Shown one piece after another: positions 61,475 to 64,000 of a stretch of DNA of 64,000 nt (positions are counted from its first letter, which is position 1; each line of letters opens with the position of its first letter). The notes beneath the pieces were generated by a model. It made no database searches, had not been told where the DNA came from, and was given only the letters and a program-made list of their open reading frames with translations. Origin of the DNA: Azolla caroliniana (taxonomy: Eukaryota; Plantae; Polypodiophyta); assembly GCA_043228905.1 (NCBI GenBank), contig JBHGNT010000003.1, positions 2,914,001-2,978,000 of the forward strand, in the 5' to 3' direction. A program made the position numbers and the translations under genes.

Positions 61475-62710
61475 ATGGGTACGAATATCAGATTCAACAG
61501 TACAATAGATGAATCTGATCATCAGCTCTGCTTCACCAGAGATGAATGGAGAGACTACATGAAGGAGAAGATCAATCTGCCTGTTGATGATGCACCTGTA
61601 ATCAACAGACAATGGCTGATTTTGAAGCCTCCCCAAGAATTGTTGGAAGTGAAGCCACTGTCTTATTACCCTTACTTAGTGAGCATCGGTCCATTGTATC
61701 AAAATCGTCAGACTTCCCGTATTGATAATTTTAAGGCACTATGTGTGAGCAAATTCATGGAAAGACATGGGATATCAGGTGTGGGAGAGCTCATGCAATA
61801 CCTCATCGCCACTCAACCTTATAAACTTCGCCACATCTATAATCTCGACATCCAGAATTCTGAATTTGAGTGGCTCCGACTTCTGGTCACTGTCGATACC
61901 GTCTTCATTCATGAATTCTTGCTGTATCTGTCGGTACTCCAACCTAAGGAAAGTGCCTGTAAGTACTTTGCCACTTTCATCGATAATAATTTTATACCCC
62001 CCATGCGCATAAAGAGGGACTTGCTGTTGATAGGCAACCAAATTCCCATGTCATTTCTGAAGAAGATTTCTAACAATCCAGTTGATCTCGAGATGACGGT
62101 AAGGGATTTTATTGTGCGATGTAATCCATTCTTCTCTACAGAAGTTGTAAGGACTAGATTTTTAGGATTTCTTAAATCGGAAAACATAAAAGTGGTCGAT
62201 ACTTGCCAGCATCTACTTGATTCCCTGTACTATTTGTGCACTGTCGAAGAAGAATCTGCGAGACAAAGTAACTCTGAGGAATCCACAAGGAACTATGTTC
62301 GCCTCCCAACTGCATTTCAACTCTGTGAAGCCGGGATTTCGTTCAAGGCTTGTGAAGGTAACATATCAGTGATGAAGTATGACAAGAGAAAACTTCAGCT
62401 TCATCTTCCACGCCTTGTAGTGTACAATGACACAGAGGATGTGCTGAGGAACCTTATCGCACATGAAATAACTTCCAGAAAACAAGGTGAGTTATTGACG
62501 TATGTGGTCATCATGAACTCGCTCATGGACAGTCAAGAAGATCTCGCGATCTTGAAAGAGGCGAAAGTCATAGAGAACCACATGGAGAACGATCAGAGGT
62601 TCGCCGACATGTGGAAAAATATGTGCATCGAGGTGCCCGATAATGGCGAAACCAGAAGATGGAAACAGATGATGGATGATATAGTGGCCCACCATTCCTC
62701 CCATGGTTAA
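61475..62710 (+). CDS. DUF247 type-B3, 411 aa, C-terminal TM segment lost (possibly a pseudogene)
   Basis: All core DUF247 motifs are present; a rearrangement at ~62700 introduces TAA before KFFSRPW; scrambled and duplicated TM-coding remnants at 62720-62920. Confidence 0.85.
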   Translation: MGTNIRFNSTIDESDHQLCFTRDEWRDYMKEKINLPVDDAPVINRQWLILKPPQELLEVKPLSYYPYLVSIGPLYQNRQTSRIDNFKALCVSKFMERHGISGVGELMQYLIATQPYKLRHIYNLDIQNSEFEWLRLLVTVDTVFIHEFLLYLSVLQPKESACKYFATFIDNNFIPPMRIKRDLLLIGNQIPMSFLKKISNNPVDLEMTVRDFIVRCNPFFSTEVVRTRFLGFLKSENIKVVDTCQHLLDSLYYLCTVEEESARQSNSEESTRNYVRLPTAFQLCEAGISFKACEGNISVMKYDKRKLQLHLPRLVVYNDTEDVLRNLIAHEITSRKQGELLTYVVIMNSLMDSQEDLAILKEAKVIENHMENDQRFADMWKNMCIEVPDNGETRRWKQMMDDIVAHHSSHG

Positions 62711-64000
62711 GGGCAGGGTTTCATGAGAAGTTCTTTTCTCGTCCATGGTTAAGGGCATCATAAAATGTGGAATTTCTACTGCTCTTAGCTCAATATACCA
62801 GGCAGTATTCAGGTATAAGCTATTACAAACCCCAAAATTAATTGTGGCGTTCCTACTGCTCTCCTCTCAGCTGCAACATACCAGGCATAGGTTATTACAA
62901 ACCCGAAAACCTAACCTTAAAGAAGCTCAATACAATCAAGTATTCAGCTTTGTCTATTAATTTGGTTTTAGTTTGATTTATTAATTTATTTATTTGCCGT
63001 TACTTATGTATTTATAATACAGATATCCAGATTGGCTTATGAAATTGTGGTAGATTATGTACTTATGGTGAATCATTTTCATGATTCATGTATTAATGGA
63101 AATAGATGTTGAGGGAATTAAATTTAAGTAATTGTTGCAATGAAGTACTGAAGCATAAACTTTTCTTCTTCTTCTTCTTCTTCTTCTTCTTCTTCTTCTT
63201 CATCTTCTTCCCGATCCCACGTTCGTCAAATTACCTACAAGCTAAAGACGATGTGAAAGAAATTGATTATGGAATGTCCAAATCAACCCGAATGCCAATT
63301 CTCCCCTAAAGGTAGTTCCACAGAATTACCTCATCATGTGAACCTAGCATATGTTGGTTGACAAATTTCTAGACTGTATCTGTTTCCTTGTTTCCTGATC
63401 TGTAGATGGACAAATATTGTTATGGGCAATTCTGTTACAGCAATTGTTGTCATGGTAACAATATCTAAGACTGTCACTAAAGATAAGCGTCTATGTTTGG
63501 GTGGCAATGATAGATGGATATCAAATACACGAACTTTGACTATTTTGGATGTTCTGATAGCAAGAAATCTACTTTAGGATACAATAAATTTGAAATTATG
63601 AGAGTTGCCCTCTATTGGCTATTGGAGGCCCCCCACCTTCAAGAATGTACTACTCTCCATTATGTAAACAATAATATTGTAGCTAATTCCTGAGTCATGT
63701 AAGGAAACTATATGGTTATCAACAATAGCTTATGTTGTGGGCATACTCAACTTGTACCTAGATTGGTTTCTAATTGTATCTTTGGCTAAAACGTTGGTCT
63801 ATCATGGCAAAACCAGGCACATAGTAGTGCGATATCATGTCATTCAAGAAAACATAGTTGGTAGGTTATTAGTCTTAACAAAATGCTACAAATGCATTGA
63901 CCAAGGGCTTGCCACGTGATGTGTTAGATCGTTCTTATCACTTGATAAAGGGTTTTGTTGTTCTTTAGGTTACACCATCGTTGATGTACGTAGTGTAACA

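Noticed and set aside
61163-61636. 157-aa - strand ORF with poly-Phe (also 519-875 and 22872-23060)
   Set aside because: Translations of (GAA)n/(GA)n microsatellites in leaders or intergenic DNA

Overview
Land-plant genomic DNA, probably a non-seed plant such as a fern (inferred from the retroelement types, not proven). The backbone is a + strand tandem cluster of intronless DUF247/UPF0481 genes in two divergent clades. Type A (MGENINKEI...) occurs at 6680 (5' fragment), 23053 (intact), 34942 and 44923 (deleted pseudogenes) and ~51925 (relic). Type B (MGTNIRF.../...EWRDYMK) occurs at 12959 (pseudogene split by a chromovirus), 30070 (intact) and 61475 (lacks the C-terminal TM helix). The order is A-B, A-B, A, A, (A)-B. 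The first three type-A genes have a ~60-bp tandem repeat array upstream, and in A1 and A2 it ends in inverted copies next to the TATA box. Inserted elements include two near-identical full-length Copia elements in opposite orientation, a chromoviral Gypsy whose 5' LTR is reduced to 34 bp, Gypsy fragments, several solo LTRs (including a TGTCG..GACA group with 4-bp CpG-centred target sites) and hAT-like MITEs. A ~5-kb island sits between two copies of a ~3.5-4.8 kb segmental duplication. It carries a five-exon ~574-aa RING-like gene, an FCP1/NIF-like pseudo-exon, intronic palindrome and telo-box arrays, and a possible CACTA end. All calls were made by eye; no database searches were run.
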